From positions 10,952 through 74,951 of the IMG/VR virus record IMGVR_UViG_3300010413_000015: DNA of 64,000 nucleotides. One strand, written 5' to 3'. The stretch's first letter is position 1. Each line of letters opens with the position of its first letter. Source of the stretch: a virus. The notes under the pieces are model-generated. The model searched no databases. It saw only the letters and a list, made by a program, of their open reading frames with translations, and had not been told where the DNA came from. Shown here one piece after another: positions 46,220 to 54,720 of the stretch. A program made the position numbers and the translations under genes.

Positions 46220-46310
46220 TACAACTGAATACCTCGCAGAGGGCACGCATGCGCCTTAATTGCCATGCGTGTAATGCGCCAGCGCCAGTCCCAAGCCTGG
46301 GCACAGTACC
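46220..46310 (+). ncRNA. Twister ribozyme, circularly permuted (type P5-like)
   Basis: CGCA-GAGGG-P1 hairpin (CACGCATG/CATGCGTG)-TAA-TGCG...GCCAG-TCCCAAGC-CTGG; core elements and both pseudoknot partners present. Confidence 0.75.
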
Positions 46311-46351
46311 CTTCAGAGGACAAGAGCCTCAGGGGTGCGGAAAGGGCCACC

Positions 46352-46747
46352 ATGAACAAGACAGTTCATGCGGACCTGAAGAATCTGAACGCCGGCAAGA
46401 TCATTGAGGCATACCGCACGGTGTGCAAGAATGACTCTTTCACAGACCATGCTGTGGTGTGGTCTGTGGCGGCCAGCCTTGTGCGGTACGCAAAGGCCGG
46501 CAGCCCCGACATCAGCCTCTACTACCAGTCGGTTGCTCAGTACAGGGCAGCAGAGGGTAGGAACCAGGCAGAGGTTGCAGTGGCAGTGCGTTGGTCCCAG
46601 TGGCTTACTCAGCACATGGACAGGAATGACTGCCCTCGCACTATCCAAGCCCAAGAGATTCTAGTCTCTAGAGTTTGGATGGGCCTACAAGTACAGCGCA
46701 ATCCTGAGCTGTACCAAGAAGCCCTAGACCGCATCTACCCAATGTAG
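46352..46747 (+). CDS. Hypothetical early protein
   Basis: AAAGGG RBS before ATG 46352. Confidence 0.6.
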   Translation: MNKTVHADLKNLNAGKIIEAYRTVCKNDSFTDHAVVWSVAASLVRYAKAGSPDISLYYQSVAQYRAAEGRNQAEVAVAVRWSQWLTQHMDRNDCPRTIQAQEILVSRVWMGLQVQRNPELYQEALDRIYPM

Positions 46748-47082
46748 TAGATGCGTACAACTGAATAATTCCCTACTGTGCCCTAATTGCCAGTGGGGTG
46801 AAACCAGCGTATAACACACCCAGAGTCAAGTCCCGAGGGGTGGGCCCAGTACTGGGCAGGGCTGGAGGGCAGGCCGGCAGCAGCAGACAGGTGGCTGCCG
46901 GCGATCTTGGGAATCCCCGAATGGGGTAATATTTCCAACCCAAATCCTGTTCCCAAGCTATGGGCTATGGCCTAACCGGTAACAAGTGAGGCCCCGGGCA
47001 CGCAGCTTACCTTACCCCTGAACTATGTGCCCGGGGGTACCGCTGTTTCTATGCTGGCGAGGCTTCCAGGAGTAGGCAAGAT

Positions 47083-47095
47083 TTTCCGACGGAAA
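47083..47095. repeat. 13-bp quasi-palindrome, copy 8
   Basis: TTTCCGACGGAAA, intergenic just past the terS stop. Confidence 0.95.
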
Positions 47096-47115
47096 CCTTC
47101 TGGAGAGTGGGGGGA

Positions 47116-47643
47116 TTACTGGACATTGACGACAATCTCCCCATCCTCTACCTCTATCTCCTGAGTGACTTGGCGCAACTTCAGGCGTTTCCCCTGATGC
47201 CCCATGACCGCATCAATAATCCGACGAGCATCAGAACTCCCCCCCACCCCGCTAGACTGACTATCTCGTTCTAGGTCCATCTTCACATCACGGAGAAACC
47301 TCGCCGCCTGAACCGCTTCCTTACTATCGCCAGACGTGGCGATATTCGACATGTTCACAAGGACCCGTACCCACCAGGTAGATAGGACCTCCGATGCTAT
47401 CGCATCAAGGCCACGCATTTCGGAAAGAATTGCCTCCTGGATAAGAGGGTTCTTGATGCTGTCATAGAACACCTGGCGAGAGACATTCGCCTTCTCGCAG
47501 GCTGCCTTGATGTTCGTTGCCCCCTCCTGAAAGGCAGCACGCACCGCTAAGACACGGTCCCAGTCACGTTGGTCCTTTGGAGTGAGCAGGACGGTCTCCT
47601 TCTCTACTGCCTCTGCTGGGATGATTTCCACACTCTTGTTCAT
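47116..47643 (-). CDS. Probable terminase small subunit
   Basis: N-terminal HTH NIKAACEKANVSRQVFY, helical core, EAVQAARFL. Confidence 0.55.
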   Translation of the reverse strand: MNKSVEIIPAEAVEKETVLLTPKDQRDWDRVLAVRAAFQEGATNIKAACEKANVSRQVFYDSIKNPLIQEAILSEMRGLDAIASEVLSTWWVRVLVNMSNIATSGDSKEAVQAARFLRDVKMDLERDSQSSGVGGSSDARRIIDAVMGHQGKRLKLRQVTQEIEVEDGEIVVNVQ

Positions 47644-47734
47644 AGTTCAGCCCTTTGTCAGTTAGTGTCACCGTGACGCTAAGTATAGCACAGGGGGCGA
47701 GCCAGGGCAAGTTGCCCTAGAAAGGAAATATCCA

Positions 47735-48028
47735 ATGTCTGACGCCATTGAGCGCAATATCATCATGAGGGCTCGTGGTCTCATCCCGATGATAGCCGTC
47801 ACCCTGAGCGGCATGGTGGGATATTCGGCATCCTCCTATCGGCCTGACCGGTTGCGCTATGACTCTTACGAAAGTGTGGTTTGGGGCAACCTCTACGCGC
47901 AGAGCGTGTACATTTGCCAGATGACCATTAGCCCCGATTCCATCAAGCTGTTTGACTTCCGTAAAAGCCTGGGGATTGACTCTCCTATCGTCATCCCCAT
48001 AAAGGAGTCGTGCAATGGAATGGAATAG
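47735..48028 (+). CDS. Hypothetical protein
   Basis: AAAGGA RBS. Confidence 0.5.
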   Translation: MSDAIERNIIMRARGLIPMIAVTLSGMVGYSASSYRPDRLRYDSYESVVWGNLYAQSVYICQMTISPDSIKLFDFRKSLGIDSPIVIPIKESCNGME

Positions 48029-48260
48029 TGGTCGGGAGTGTTGGGAGTCCAAGACCCATCCGCCCTACATATCGGTGTACTTGAGCATAGGGGGGTGGAA
48101 GCCTCAGTTGCTTGTGTGGGTCAGCTACAGCAACTCAAGCCTGGAGACGCCCGGCCACTATGAGCCCTGGCAGACGGGCTGGGGCTGCAACACGAGGGAG
48201 TCCGCCATTTCCCAGGGCAAGGATTGGGCAGAGGCAGAGGAACTCGAGTTCCGCGAGTAG
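48015..48260 (+). CDS. Hypothetical protein
   Basis: AAGGAG RBS; Trp-rich 81 aa. Confidence 0.55.
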   Translation: MEWNSGRECWESKTHPPYISVYLSIGGWKPQLLVWVSYSNSSLETPGHYEPWQTGWGCNTRESAISQGKDWAEAEELEFRE

Positions 48261-48285
48261 TCCCTGCCATCTCGCCGTAGAGGAA

Positions 48286-48298
48286 TTTCCGACGGAAA
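48286..48298. repeat. 13-bp quasi-palindrome, copy 9
   Basis: TTTCCGACGGAAA, intergenic. Confidence 0.95.
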
Positions 48299-48329
48299 CT
48301 GAGAGGGGTCATTCCCCCAAGGAGGGAAG

Positions 48330-48521
48330 ATGAAGCTGGGACGGAAAGTGATTACCACGCAGGTTGACGCGCCCGGCAAGACGTTGGAGGACATTGGGGT
48401 CCAGAAGCAGGCCATAAGGAAATGCGGGAGCCGGTGCAGCTCCTGCAACAGGGTCTGCAACTTCCGGGACCCCAGCCAGCCCCTGCCCAAGGGGGGCACA
48501 GGGTTCGGCTTCCGGCTCTAG
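48330..48521 (+). CDS. Small Cys-rich protein
   Basis: AAGGAGG RBS; CxxxCxxCxxxC. Confidence 0.55.
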   Translation: MKLGRKVITTQVDAPGKTLEDIGVQKQAIRKCGSRCSSCNRVCNFRDPSQPLPKGGTGFGFRL

Positions 48522-48637
48522 TCGAACCCCGCAGTACAGAAATACAACCGAATACAGCCCCCCGGCCAGCCTTCATTGCTGACCACCAGGGGGTGATCGG
48601 GTAGAGGACGAAAGGGCCTCGCCCATTGGAGGGCTTG

Positions 48638-48904
48638 ATGCTACACTTCCACTACTCGCTTCATGCAGTGCTGTGGGACGCAGAAGGATATCACGTGGAT
48701 ACCCGTGACTTCCTGAACTTCCATGAAGCCATGAAGGCTCACAGGCGCAACGTCCAGCGCCAGGCCTGTGTGCTTTCTAGGCTAGAGACGCCAAAATCGA
48801 CATGGCTTGCCGAGCGGATGGGGGACGGCAACTGGTCCTTCCATGTCACTCCCGTCCCAGCCTGGAAGAAGGACTGGGTCCAGAATGCGTTCTCTAACGA
48901 CTAG
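48638..48904 (+). CDS. Hypothetical protein
   Basis: GGAGG RBS. Confidence 0.5.
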   Translation: MLHFHYSLHAVLWDAEGYHVDTRDFLNFHEAMKAHRRNVQRQACVLSRLETPKSTWLAERMGDGNWSFHVTPVPAWKKDWVQNAFSND

Positions 48905-48952
48905 GGCCTATCGGCCTAGACCGTGAATCTTGACTCTTGAAAGGAGAGTACA

Positions 48953-49189
48953 ATGGCAGCGACAAAGGTGTATTTCGACGGAACGTCCACAAAGGTCCAG
49001 CCAGAGGACCGGTTGGTTCTGGTGGTCGAGAACGGGAAAGGGCGCAAGCCCAAGGAGGCCATGACCTGGGCCGAGTTCAAGTCCCTGCAGGAGCAGGGCA
49101 TCACCCTGTCCGAGAAGAAAAGTCGGCGCCGGGTGAATCGGCGCTATCGGCATGGCTACGAGGTGGTAGTTGAGGTCCCTGTGGCCTAA
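48953..49189 (+). CDS. Hypothetical protein
   Basis: AAAGGAG RBS. Confidence 0.6.
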   Translation: MAATKVYFDGTSTKVQPEDRLVLVVENGKGRKPKEAMTWAEFKSLQEQGITLSEKKSRRRVNRRYRHGYEVVVEVPVA

Positions 49190-49290
49190 TCACTGCCTGT
49201 CGGCGCCTTACAGCTAAATACATGGCCCCCCGCCCAGGGGCCAGATCGGGGTGAGACCACAATAGGGGGTCCCCCAATTCGGAGGCTGGT

Positions 49291-49773
49291 ATGAACGGCT
49301 CAATAAGGCTAGTTTTCGAGATTGAGGGCACGCCACCTGACAATCAAGGTGGCATCTGCTACATTGACAATGATGTCAGCGATTGGGCCTCGGTAGATGA
49401 GGCCCTGTTCGAGCTCGAACTCGAGCCCGGGGTTGTGGAAGCCGGCGCCCAAATCATGTGTGGGGTACATGGTTGGGCCCCAGCCCCGTTCGAGGTGTGT
49501 GAGTACTGCCGTAGCGAGGAAGCCGAGAGGCGGATGGAGTATATACATACCCTATCTGCTGATGCCCTTGCTCAGGCACATGCGGAAGAGGAAGCCCGGT
49601 ACTGGGGCTACAGCCTGTATACAACCCGTGAGCAGGAACAAGCCTGGGACGCCCAGGCCCGTTATGAGGCCGAGGCACAAGCTGAAGAAGCCGCTAACTG
49701 GCGGCTCCAGACCGAGGAAGAAATCTCCGCTATCGCGGAAGACCACGAGCGGTTCGCCGCTCGTTTCTTGTAA
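49291..49773 (+). CDS. Acidic hypothetical protein
   Basis: GGAGG RBS; strongly Glu-rich; CxxH...CxxC. Confidence 0.6.
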   Translation: MNGSIRLVFEIEGTPPDNQGGICYIDNDVSDWASVDEALFELELEPGVVEAGAQIMCGVHGWAPAPFEVCEYCRSEEAERRMEYIHTLSADALAQAHAEEEARYWGYSLYTTREQEQAWDAQARYEAEAQAEEAANWRLQTEEEISAIAEDHERFAARFL

Positions 49774-50180
49774 GCCTCACCACGAACAGAGTGGTGTAGC
49801 CGCTCCACAGGAGCGCAAGGGGGAGGCCTGCCTGGTTCCTTCCCCTGTTTCTGAAAATCCAGGAGAGGGTAGGACGTTGAAAACGGCTGGGGCACAGGGC
49901 CGTGAGTAGACGTATGTGTGCTGTGCCCAAGGTAATGGAGGGTCCCCTTGTCGCAAATTGGCCCTGTGTAGGCAGCATGCCGCCTAACCAAGCATGCCGA
50001 GCCAGGGACTGGTATCCCCTTGGTCGTGTACGAGTATGATACCACGCAGATGACCTAGACTGCTCGTGTACCCCAGCACTGAGCAGATGAACACAGGGGA
50101 GGTAACACCCGCCACCTGTAGTGAGTGCGGGACATGGGTACCCAGGGGGAGGCAGGCCACCTCCCCCGATCTTATCTTAT
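49774..50180 (+). ncRNA. Candidate structured leader / ncRNA
   Basis: About 400 nt without a credible ORF; many hairpins; long-range pairing of 49825-49833 with 50150-50158. Confidence 0.4.
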
Positions 50181-50224
50181 TTCTAAGGGCTAGGCCCACG
50201 GCGTGGGCAGAAAGGTGGTGTATC

Positions 50225-50638
50225 GTGGCAGACTACCTCATCAGGTTTGACGGTGGTTCTAGGGGAAACGGAACCGACAACGCTGAGGGCTATGGCTCCT
50301 ACAGCATCGAGGCGGCTGATGGCCGCAAGGTCCTGCAACGCCTTGATTTCGGGACCGGCGTGACCAACAACGAGGCCGAGTACCGGGCGCTCCAGGCAGC
50401 CGTGGTAGACCTCCACGGCCGCATCAGCAAGGTGTCTAGCCCGGCCAACTTCTCCCTGGTTATTCAGGGAGACTCGAGCCTGGTCATCAACCAGCTTCAG
50501 GTGACCAAGCCGTGGAAGTGCAAGGCCCCAAACCTCATCCAGTACCGCAATTTCGTGCGGGACCTTCTGGCCACCTTTGGCAGCGTCTCCCTTCAGCATG
50601 TGGGAAGGGACGCAATGGTTGCAGAGTTCGGTCATTAG
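50225..50638 (+). CDS. rnhA: Ribonuclease HI
   Basis: FDGGSRGN, TNNEAEY, GDSSLVINQL, WKCKAPNL. Confidence 0.85.
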   Translation: MADYLIRFDGGSRGNGTDNAEGYGSYSIEAADGRKVLQRLDFGTGVTNNEAEYRALQAAVVDLHGRISKVSSPANFSLVIQGDSSLVINQLQVTKPWKCKAPNLIQYRNFVRDLLATFGSVSLQHVGRDAMVAEFGH

Positions 50639-50767
50639 AGAGGGCTGTGGCTCTCTCTTTTTCTGTCCCCCCTGTAGGGGGACGATCCTTACCGGGTACC
50701 TCCATACCCGGGCGCGACAGGACGCCTTCCTGTCAGAGAACTAAGCTTCAAATGGAAGGAGGGCCAG

Positions 50768-52966
50768 ATGAAGCTCGCCGTTCTCGCAATTCTCACCCTG
50801 GTGTGGGAGGGGACCGTGCCGTACCTCCACACACTCTACGAGGCTCTCGTGGGAGAGCCTCTGGCAGTAGTCCAGGTCAGCACCAAGCCCAAGCACCGCC
50901 AGTGGATGACACGCCTGCTGGTAGGGCTTCAGGACAAGGGGTGGCACCTGGACTTTGCCACAAGTGCCAGAAAGAGCGGACAGGCCATCATTTCCCAGAC
51001 TGGGAAAGTGTCCTCGCTCTTCTGGCGCACGGCTGAGGAGGCCATTGCCTATGGCAGTATCCTTCTCACGCCGTGCTGGGGTGCGTACCCCCAGTCCATG
51101 ACCCTGAAGGTTCGGGTGGTGGAGGATGGGGAGTACGACACCGGGGATTGCCACGGCAAGGCGAGCCGGGCAGTCTATGCCGCCCTTGGTGGTGTTGTGC
51201 AACAGGCCGCACAGTTCCGCCTAGGGGTCCTGGCCGGTGGCTTGCTGGCCAAGGGCACATTCTGCATCCCAGATGTGTCCCTCGCCTGGCCAGACGGGGT
51301 AGACCTGATTCTGCCCCGGAGCTGCTTCAAGAGCAGCAACAAGCCTGGCCCTGGCACGTATACCTGGGACCTGGTCCTGGGTGTCGTGAACTGGAGCAAG
51401 CCCACCCCGACCAAGATGGGCTGGCAGATGCTCCAGTGGTTCAGTTGGGCAGCGGTAGAGGCCGACATCCTTCCCAGGGTCAAGGAGGGAGCAGCCCAAC
51501 TGGTTGCCGCCCTGGCAGATGTCAGGGCACTTGCCGAGCTTCTCCGGCTATACTCTGTGCCCAGCATCGACACAGAGGACGGGGAAGATGACCAGGCCGA
51601 GGTCTTGCTCATCGACGTTCTCCGAGCAGACCACAGTGGCTACCTGTCCCGGCACCCACACGTAGTTCGGCGGGTGAGCGACATGCTGCGCCGACGGTGG
51701 CAGCACCTCGCAACCGGTGGTGGGCAGTTCCTGACCGGCCTTATGGGGCTACCGGATGACACCCTGCCATTCGGGGTGGTGGCCACCAGCGACATCCCTG
51801 TCGGAGATGTCCTTGTGACCCGGTATCCCATCAGGTTCTGGGGTGACGTTCGGAAATGGGTCAACGTCGCGCCCGTCCAGAGCCTCAAGGGCACCATCTG
51901 GATGTCCCATGAGACCGCTGCCGTGCTGGGTGGCGATTTCGACGGGGACTACTTCCAGGTGGTTCCGTCAGCCACCTATCCCGCCCTGTCCCAGGACATG
52001 GAGAACTGGGCCGACCGCCCCACTGTGAATGTGGTCAAGGTCAAGGATAGGAGGGCCACCCCCCTGAGTGCCCAGGGGCTGGCCGAGGTCTTTATGAGCA
52101 ATGTGGACAACATGGTGGGTAATGTGGCCCTGCTCATTGCCCGTGCTGGCGCTGCCGGCAACCATAACGCAGTTGTCCAACTTGCCCAGGAGTTGCAGGT
52201 CGCCGTTGACAAGTTCAAGTTCAACGTAGACAACGACACCGACTTCATTGATGCCTGCAACACGTCCATTCCAGACCTCACATGGGCATGGGACCGTGAA
52301 CACCGCGATGCCTACCATGCCCGGCCGATGAAAGTGCACGAGCGGGATATGGACACCATATCCTGCCTCATCCGGGAGGTCAATGCCCTGTGGGTTCCTT
52401 ACCAGGGTATGGCCCTTCCCCTATGGCACTTCACCGGCCTGTTCTCCAAGCCCGACCAGCACATGGATGCAGCTCGTGGGCTGGCAGTGAGGTATGCTGC
52501 CAATGTGCGCACGGCTCTCCGTGCCGGGGACAAGAAGGCCATCTCTAAGCTCTTCAAATCCCTGGAGGCGTGGTCGCGGCAGGTGGAGAATCCGACCGAG
52601 TGGGCTGCTGCCATCTGGCATGCGGTTCACGCGGAGAATGCCAAGGGCACCGGCTCGCTGGCCTTTGCTGCGTTTCCGACGGAAATTGCAGAGAGGGTGG
52701 CCAGCCTGCCGTCCACCCCCGAGGCACCGCGCAATGCCACCATTGTTGGCCTGGAGAAGAACGAGTGGGCCAACAACGCGAACGACCTGGTAGGTGAGCA
52801 GCAGGTGATGTTCGATATCACCACGTTGCATGGCCAGGTCCGGTTCTCCGCCGTGGTAGACGGGCGGGTGGTCGGCATTGTCTCCAAAGAGACCCCTGTC
52901 CCCCAGGGGACATTCACCATGGGTCTCACGGTAAAGGGCGCTTGCGTGTACGCGAGTGCCTCCTAG
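50768..52966 (+). CDS. Single-subunit two-barrel RNA polymerase (YonO / cellular-RdRP-like), non-virion
   Basis: TGDCHGK, QFRLG...LAKGT, VTRYP, LGGDFDGDYF (51935-51949), LQVAVDKFK. Confidence 0.85.
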   Translation: MKLAVLAILTLVWEGTVPYLHTLYEALVGEPLAVVQVSTKPKHRQWMTRLLVGLQDKGWHLDFATSARKSGQAIISQTGKVSSLFWRTAEEAIAYGSILLTPCWGAYPQSMTLKVRVVEDGEYDTGDCHGKASRAVYAALGGVVQQAAQFRLGVLAGGLLAKGTFCIPDVSLAWPDGVDLILPRSCFKSSNKPGPGTYTWDLVLGVVNWSKPTPTKMGWQMLQWFSWAAVEADILPRVKEGAAQLVAALADVRALAELLRLYSVPSIDTEDGEDDQAEVLLIDVLRADHSGYLSRHPHVVRRVSDMLRRRWQHLATGGGQFLTGLMGLPDDTLPFGVVATSDIPVGDVLVTRYPIRFWGDVRKWVNVAPVQSLKGTIWMSHETAAVLGGDFDGDYFQVVPSATYPALSQDMENWADRPTVNVVKVKDRRATPLSAQGLAEVFMSNVDNMVGNVALLIARAGAAGNHNAVVQLAQELQVAVDKFKFNVDNDTDFIDACNTSIPDLTWAWDREHRDAYHARPMKVHERDMDTISCLIREVNALWVPYQGMALPLWHFTGLFSKPDQHMDAARGLAVRYAANVRTALRAGDKKAISKLFKSLEAWSRQVENPTEWAAAIWHAVHAENAKGTGSLAFAAFPTEIAERVASLPSTPEAPRNATIVGLEKNEWANNANDLVGEQQVMFDITTLHGQVRFSAVVDGRVVGIVSKETPVPQGTFTMGLTVKGACVYASAS
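52673..52685. repeat. 13-bp quasi-palindrome, copy 10
   Basis: TTTCCGACGGAAA in the RNAP gene. Confidence 0.95.
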
Positions 52967-53260
52967 CTGTGTCCGGGTCTCCCCTGATATCCCCTATCGG
53001 GGGAGACCATGAGTACACAGTTCTTGCTTGGCAAACTCCAGAGTCTGTCTCAGACAGACCCTGGGGCCTGCCCAGCAGGCCATTACTCGCCTGAGGTCAG
53101 GGGCCCATTCACTAGCAGGGCCTTGGGTTTTGCCGGGACCCTAAGACTGGCCTAACCCGGGAGACAATCTGCTGCAGGCCGGGGGCCTATTTACCCCAAC
53201 GCTATCGCGTTAAGGCCACGAGCATCATTTACATGGCGAAACTAGAGAAAGGGGCACGCC

Positions 53261-53605
53261 ATGAAGAACCAGTGGAAAATCGAGCAGCTTGCGACAGCCC
53301 TATACCTCAAGGTCAGAACAGGAAAGTATTCGCCTTGGGAGGTGTCAGACCTTGCTCTGCGCATTTCTGACCTGGCGATAGACGAGTACAGGAGCGCTGT
53401 CGCGCAAGACTGTGAGATTGCCCAACCGGGCGTTGACAACGTTCTTAATCGTGGTACAATATCCACGTGCGGAACAGAAGACCAAACCAAATCTATACAA
53501 CCAAAGGAGAAGGAAAATGTTCCACAAAGTGAGTTTGATTGGACATCTGGGCCAGGAGCCGCAGCTGCGCTACACGCCGGACGGGATTCCCGTCTGCAAC
53601 ATTAG
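53261..53605 (+). CDS. Hypothetical protein
   Basis: AAAGGGG RBS; 3' end overlaps the ssb promoter and start. Confidence 0.4.
   Translation: MKNQWKIEQLATALYLKVRTGKYSPWEVSDLALRISDLAIDEYRSAVAQDCEIAQPGVDNVLNRGTISTCGTEDQTKSIQPKEKENVPQSEFDWTSGPGAAAALHAGRDSRLQH
53433..53460 (+). promoter_or_regulatory. sigma70-type promoter for ssb
   Basis: TTGACA-16 bp-TACAAT with GTGG. Confidence 0.6.
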
Positions 53606-53987
53606 TGTGGCGACCAAGGAGAGCATCAGCAAGAGGCTGCCGACTGGCGACGAGCGCTCTTGCCCTCAGGGCTGGACCACGAGCCAGAACGGCAAGAACT
53701 GGGAGTTGACCACCTGGTTCCGCGTGGCGCTATGGCGCGGCCTGGCCGAGACGGCCAACCAGTACCTCCACAAGGGTTCCCAAGTCTTCATCGAGGGGAC
53801 CATGTCTGGGGAGGCCAGCGGTGGCAGCCAGGAGCCGAGGGTCTGGACGGCGAACGACGGAGCGCACCGCGCCAGCTACGAGATTACCGCTCGCACCATG
53901 AAGATGCTGGGCGGGAATCGCAATGGCGATGCAGGCAGCACGGCGCCGGTCGAGTATGAAGAGGAAGACCCTCCCTTGCCCTTCTAG
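53517..53987 (+). CDS. ssb: Single-stranded DNA-binding protein
   Basis: KVSLIGHLGQEPQLRYTPDG, TTWFRVALW..LAE...YLHKGSQVFIEG, acidic tail ending LPF. Confidence 0.95.
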   Translation: MFHKVSLIGHLGQEPQLRYTPDGIPVCNISVATKESISKRLPTGDERSCPQGWTTSQNGKNWELTTWFRVALWRGLAETANQYLHKGSQVFIEGTMSGEASGGSQEPRVWTANDGAHRASYEITARTMKMLGGNRNGDAGSTAPVEYEEEDPPLPF

Positions 53988-54020
53988 CAGTACGGGCAAG
54001 TAGTTCTACAGATGAATAGA

Positions 54021-54057
54021 GTGGGGCAGGTTAGGCCGGGACCTGCCCCACTTTTTT
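54021..54057 (+). terminator. Intrinsic terminator
   Basis: GTGGGGCAGGT-N9-ACCTGCCCCAC-TTTTTT. Confidence 0.85.
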
Positions 54058-54208
54058 CTATCGCCGCGACTCCAACAGTAGCAGCCGGCCTAAGTGCAGC
54101 ATGGCCAACCGGTAGCCCTCGTGCCTGATGGCCCATAGAATCAGGCGGGGCCCCGAGGCACCGTCCTCAGGTGGAAGCAGTTGCCAATGGGCCAGTAGTA
54201 GCTCTCGC

Positions 54209-54631
54209 TTAATCCTCTCGCTCATTCTCTGTCTCTATGATCCCCCTAAGGTATTTTGCGTGTGCCAGGAGCGCTTCAGAGAACTCCCGCCGCCTTTTCA
54301 TAGGGAGCTCTGCAATGATGTGAAAGAGTTCGGTGGCCTGTGCACGTTCTGTAGCAGTGAGCCCCTCCAACTCGTCACTATCAATGTATGCCAGCTCAAA
54401 GAGTACTAGGGAGGAGACCTCAAAGAAATCGGCAATCCTGGCCAGCACATCGGGACGGGGTACAGTGCCTTCTACTTTGACAATCTCCCAAAGCATCGTT
54501 TGGGAGACCCCCGTTAACTCTGCGGCCCGGTTGGTTGAAAGGCCCCTAACCTTAGTCAGGGGGTCCTCCCAATCAGCCATCCGCATGGCCAACCACTTCG
54601 CCAGCGGATTGTCTGCAATGGGCCTCTCCAT
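54209..54631 (-). CDS. XRE-family HTH regulator (cI-like)
   Basis: RGLSTNRAAELTGVSQTMLWEIV...PRPDVLARIADFFEVS; start ATG 54631 after GGAGGG. Confidence 0.8.
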   Translation of the reverse strand: MERPIADNPLAKWLAMRMADWEDPLTKVRGLSTNRAAELTGVSQTMLWEIVKVEGTVPRPDVLARIADFFEVSSLVLFELAYIDSDELEGLTATERAQATELFHIIAELPMKRRREFSEALLAHAKYLRGIIETENERED

Positions 54632-54677
54632 TTTACCCTCCCTTCCTAATTTTGGGCTGCGTACCGTCCTGGTGGGA

Positions 54678-54706
54678 ATTATACCCTGTTTCCGAACGTG
54701 TGTCAA
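54678..54706 (-). promoter_or_regulatory. Consensus promoter for the repressor
   Basis: TTGACA-17 bp-TATAAT; TTGAC-ACAC-GTTCG. Confidence 0.85.
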
Positions 54707-54720
54707 TACCCAATCTGTCC

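Noticed and set aside
46265-46351. Upstream start of the 46352 ORF
   Set aside because: It overlaps the twister core, and the RBS favours ATG 46352.
46940-46970. Third twister around TCCCAAGC at 46951
   Set aside because: P4 pairing is poor and there is no correctly placed P2/GAGGG.
48575-48625. Hammerhead ribozyme (CTGACCA...GACGAAA)
   Set aside because: Lacks the CTGANGA core, and I could not build the three stems.
49774-50224. RNase P RNA, tmRNA or cobalamin riboswitch
   Set aside because: No GAGGAAAGTCC and no T-arm/CCA end; only a partial CCCGCCACCTGTA resemblance without the other B12 elements in order.
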